Positions 62,269-64,000 of a stretch of DNA of 64,000 nucleotides are shown one piece after another; the first letter of the stretch is position 1, and every line of letters starts with the position of its first letter. Below the pieces are notes generated by a model. The model saw only the letters and a list, made by a program, of their open reading frames with translations, ran no database searches and was not told where the DNA came from. Both the position numbers and the translations under genes were made by a program. This DNA comes from Octopus sinensis. Taxonomy: Eukaryota. The stretch lies in NCBI RefSeq assembly GCF_006345805.1, contig NC_043002.1:96224001-96288000 (forward strand). Direction: 5' to 3'.

Positions 62269-62432
62269 CTGTTTTCGTTCCAGCACACGATCTCAGATCA
62301 AGTCACTTGCTATGCAAGTACATCTCTGTAACTATATATATATTTATATATATATATATATATGTATATTGGTAAAAACAGTAAGATAACAAAAGAAAGA
62401 AAGAGACCTCAATATTATGTAAATAGAGGAAA

Positions 62433-62826
62433 TCTTTATATATAAAAGTGAGGTTGTGTGTCTGTCTCCTACGATTTAGATTCCTAACTACTCCCACATT
62501 TTGCGGTGCAGTTTAACCAAAACCGGGTATCTTATAGTCATGATTCATATCGAGACCGTCTGGGTATTAGCGCGCGTCTACGATGAGTCTACGATTTAAA
62601 AAAAATTTAACATCAATTTTTCCCATTTTTAATCCATTTTTGACATATATAAGGGAAGTAACTCTCTAAAATTTATTATTAAATCTCAGAACGTAAAAAG
62701 CTACAGTAACACCCCTCCCTCTTTGTGGTTAGCCATATTGAGATGGCTATTATACTTTACATCTCTAAAAATGCTTATATAATTATTTCCCTTACAAACC
62801 CGAGCAACGCCGGGCGATACTGCTAG
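62433..62826 (+). mobile_element. non-autonomous Helitron family A, copy 3
   Basis: A|TC start, terminal hairpin and CTAG|T; internal segment differs from copies 1 and 2. Confidence 0.9.
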
Positions 62827-63140
62827 TTTATTGATAAAAAATCCAAATATCATGACAAATTTGCACAATGACACATGAAGGAGTTTTTTTACAAGTACTA
62901 CTGGATTACTTAAATCCATATATTGTGACTTCACCATGACATATCTTTATTATTGTCACACTGCCTTCTGTGCATGCATTCTTATAGTTGGTAGTGGTCA
63001 TGTGATTGAAGTTTAAGCCTGATAGCACCATTTTTCTTTCTGGCTTTACAGTGTGAGCATGACACCAAAGATGAACAAGAGCAGTGATCTGATTTCTCTG
63101 GTTTGAAGGTGTGTCAGGTGCTGAAATTCATCAGAGGCTT

Positions 63141-64000
63141 TGTTGTGTGGACACTCCCAGATGATAAATAGGCTAGTCCAATACGTATGAATAGTGGATA
63201 TGATAGCTAGTCGTAGAAGTGACACGTAGAGTGAGCCGGTGCCATTGGTAGACTAGATGTTGAGTTCTGTTGAGTCAAGTCATTGAAAGAGCATTTGGTA
63301 GTTGATTAGAGATACGTCATTGGTGAAAGTACACCATCCAAACATGCGATATAACAGTGGCGACAAGGTTTCAAATAGTACCGAAATGGAAGAGTTACTG
63401 AAAGCAGTTGTCAAACTAGAAGAGCAGTAAGAGCAGCAACAACAGAAGTTAACAGAATTGTTACTGCAGTCAAGAAATATAACAGAATCATTTTCAGCGG
63501 ACGGTGTTGCAAATTCCATCGAAGAATTTCACTAAAAACCGGATGAAGGAACTACTTATACTGCATATTACAGACGATACGAAGACATATTCCGAGAGGA
63601 ATGCAAGGGATGGTCTAGTGAAAGGAAGGTAAGACTTTTGCGAAAGCTTGCCCTTCCAGAACATGAAAGTTTTTGTAACTTTATTTTGTCAAGAAAGCCC
63701 ACGGAATTGTGTTTTGATGAAACAATGAATATTTTGACTAATATTTTTAGCGAGAAAAGTTTGCAGTTTAACATTTGGTGGGAATGTTTAAATTTAAAGA
63801 AAAACAAGTCCGACGATTTTGTAACATATGCCGGTATAGTTAATAAGGCTTGCGAAAGGTTTAAGCTGGAAAAATTAATGCCAGATATGTTCAAGTGCCT
63901 AATATTCGTTAAAGGGCTGGTGGCAATGGAAATTAGAAAAAGAATATTATCAAAGCTGAATGAAGATGTGAAACTAACCTTGCAGAAAGTGGCTGAGGAA
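63141..64000 (+). mobile_element. Gypsy LTR retrotransposon 5' end (LTR about 63141-63356, PBS, gag pseudogene)
   Basis: TGT...ACA LTR followed by G-TGGCGAC PBS; gag from ATG 63386 (YYRRYEDIF, KVRLL, FKCLIFVKGL) with two in-frame stops; runs off the window. Confidence 0.85.

Overview
Animal genomic DNA, AT-rich and dominated by microsatellites and transposons. The repeat families resemble those of a coleoid cephalopod, most likely Octopus (inference from recall, not a database search). Two host genes lie on the + strand. The first is the last coding exon of ADAT3 (8613-8787); its earlier exons were not found in the window. The second is eight phase-consistent exons (39427-60180, 467 codons, continuing past the window) of a 4-coumarate-CoA-ligase/firefly-luciferase-like acyl-CoA synthetase with an acid-free N-terminal leader. 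The rest is mobile-element debris: mariner/Tc1 relics and MITEs, hAT- and piggyBac-type MITEs, non-autonomous Helitrons, two Gypsy LTR elements, CR1-, RTE- and R4/Dong-type LINEs, Penelope relics and tRNA-headed SINEs. Most notable observations, all read by eye: (1) minimal type I hammerhead ribozymes next to long inverted repeats, one with a canonical core (3903-3980, -) and one with a reciprocal G3:C8 core swap (62088-62138, -), plus a decayed third at a Penelope 3' end; (2) a Gypsy element with no tRNA primer site whose leader is complementary to its own LTR (candidate self-priming); (3) a Dong/R4 LINE in a TAA microsatellite whose 5' junction is a 19-bp minisatellite copied from its own ORF; (4) a Helitron whose exact removal restores a Gypsy integrase frame. 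Ribozyme activity and priming mechanisms are untested inferences.
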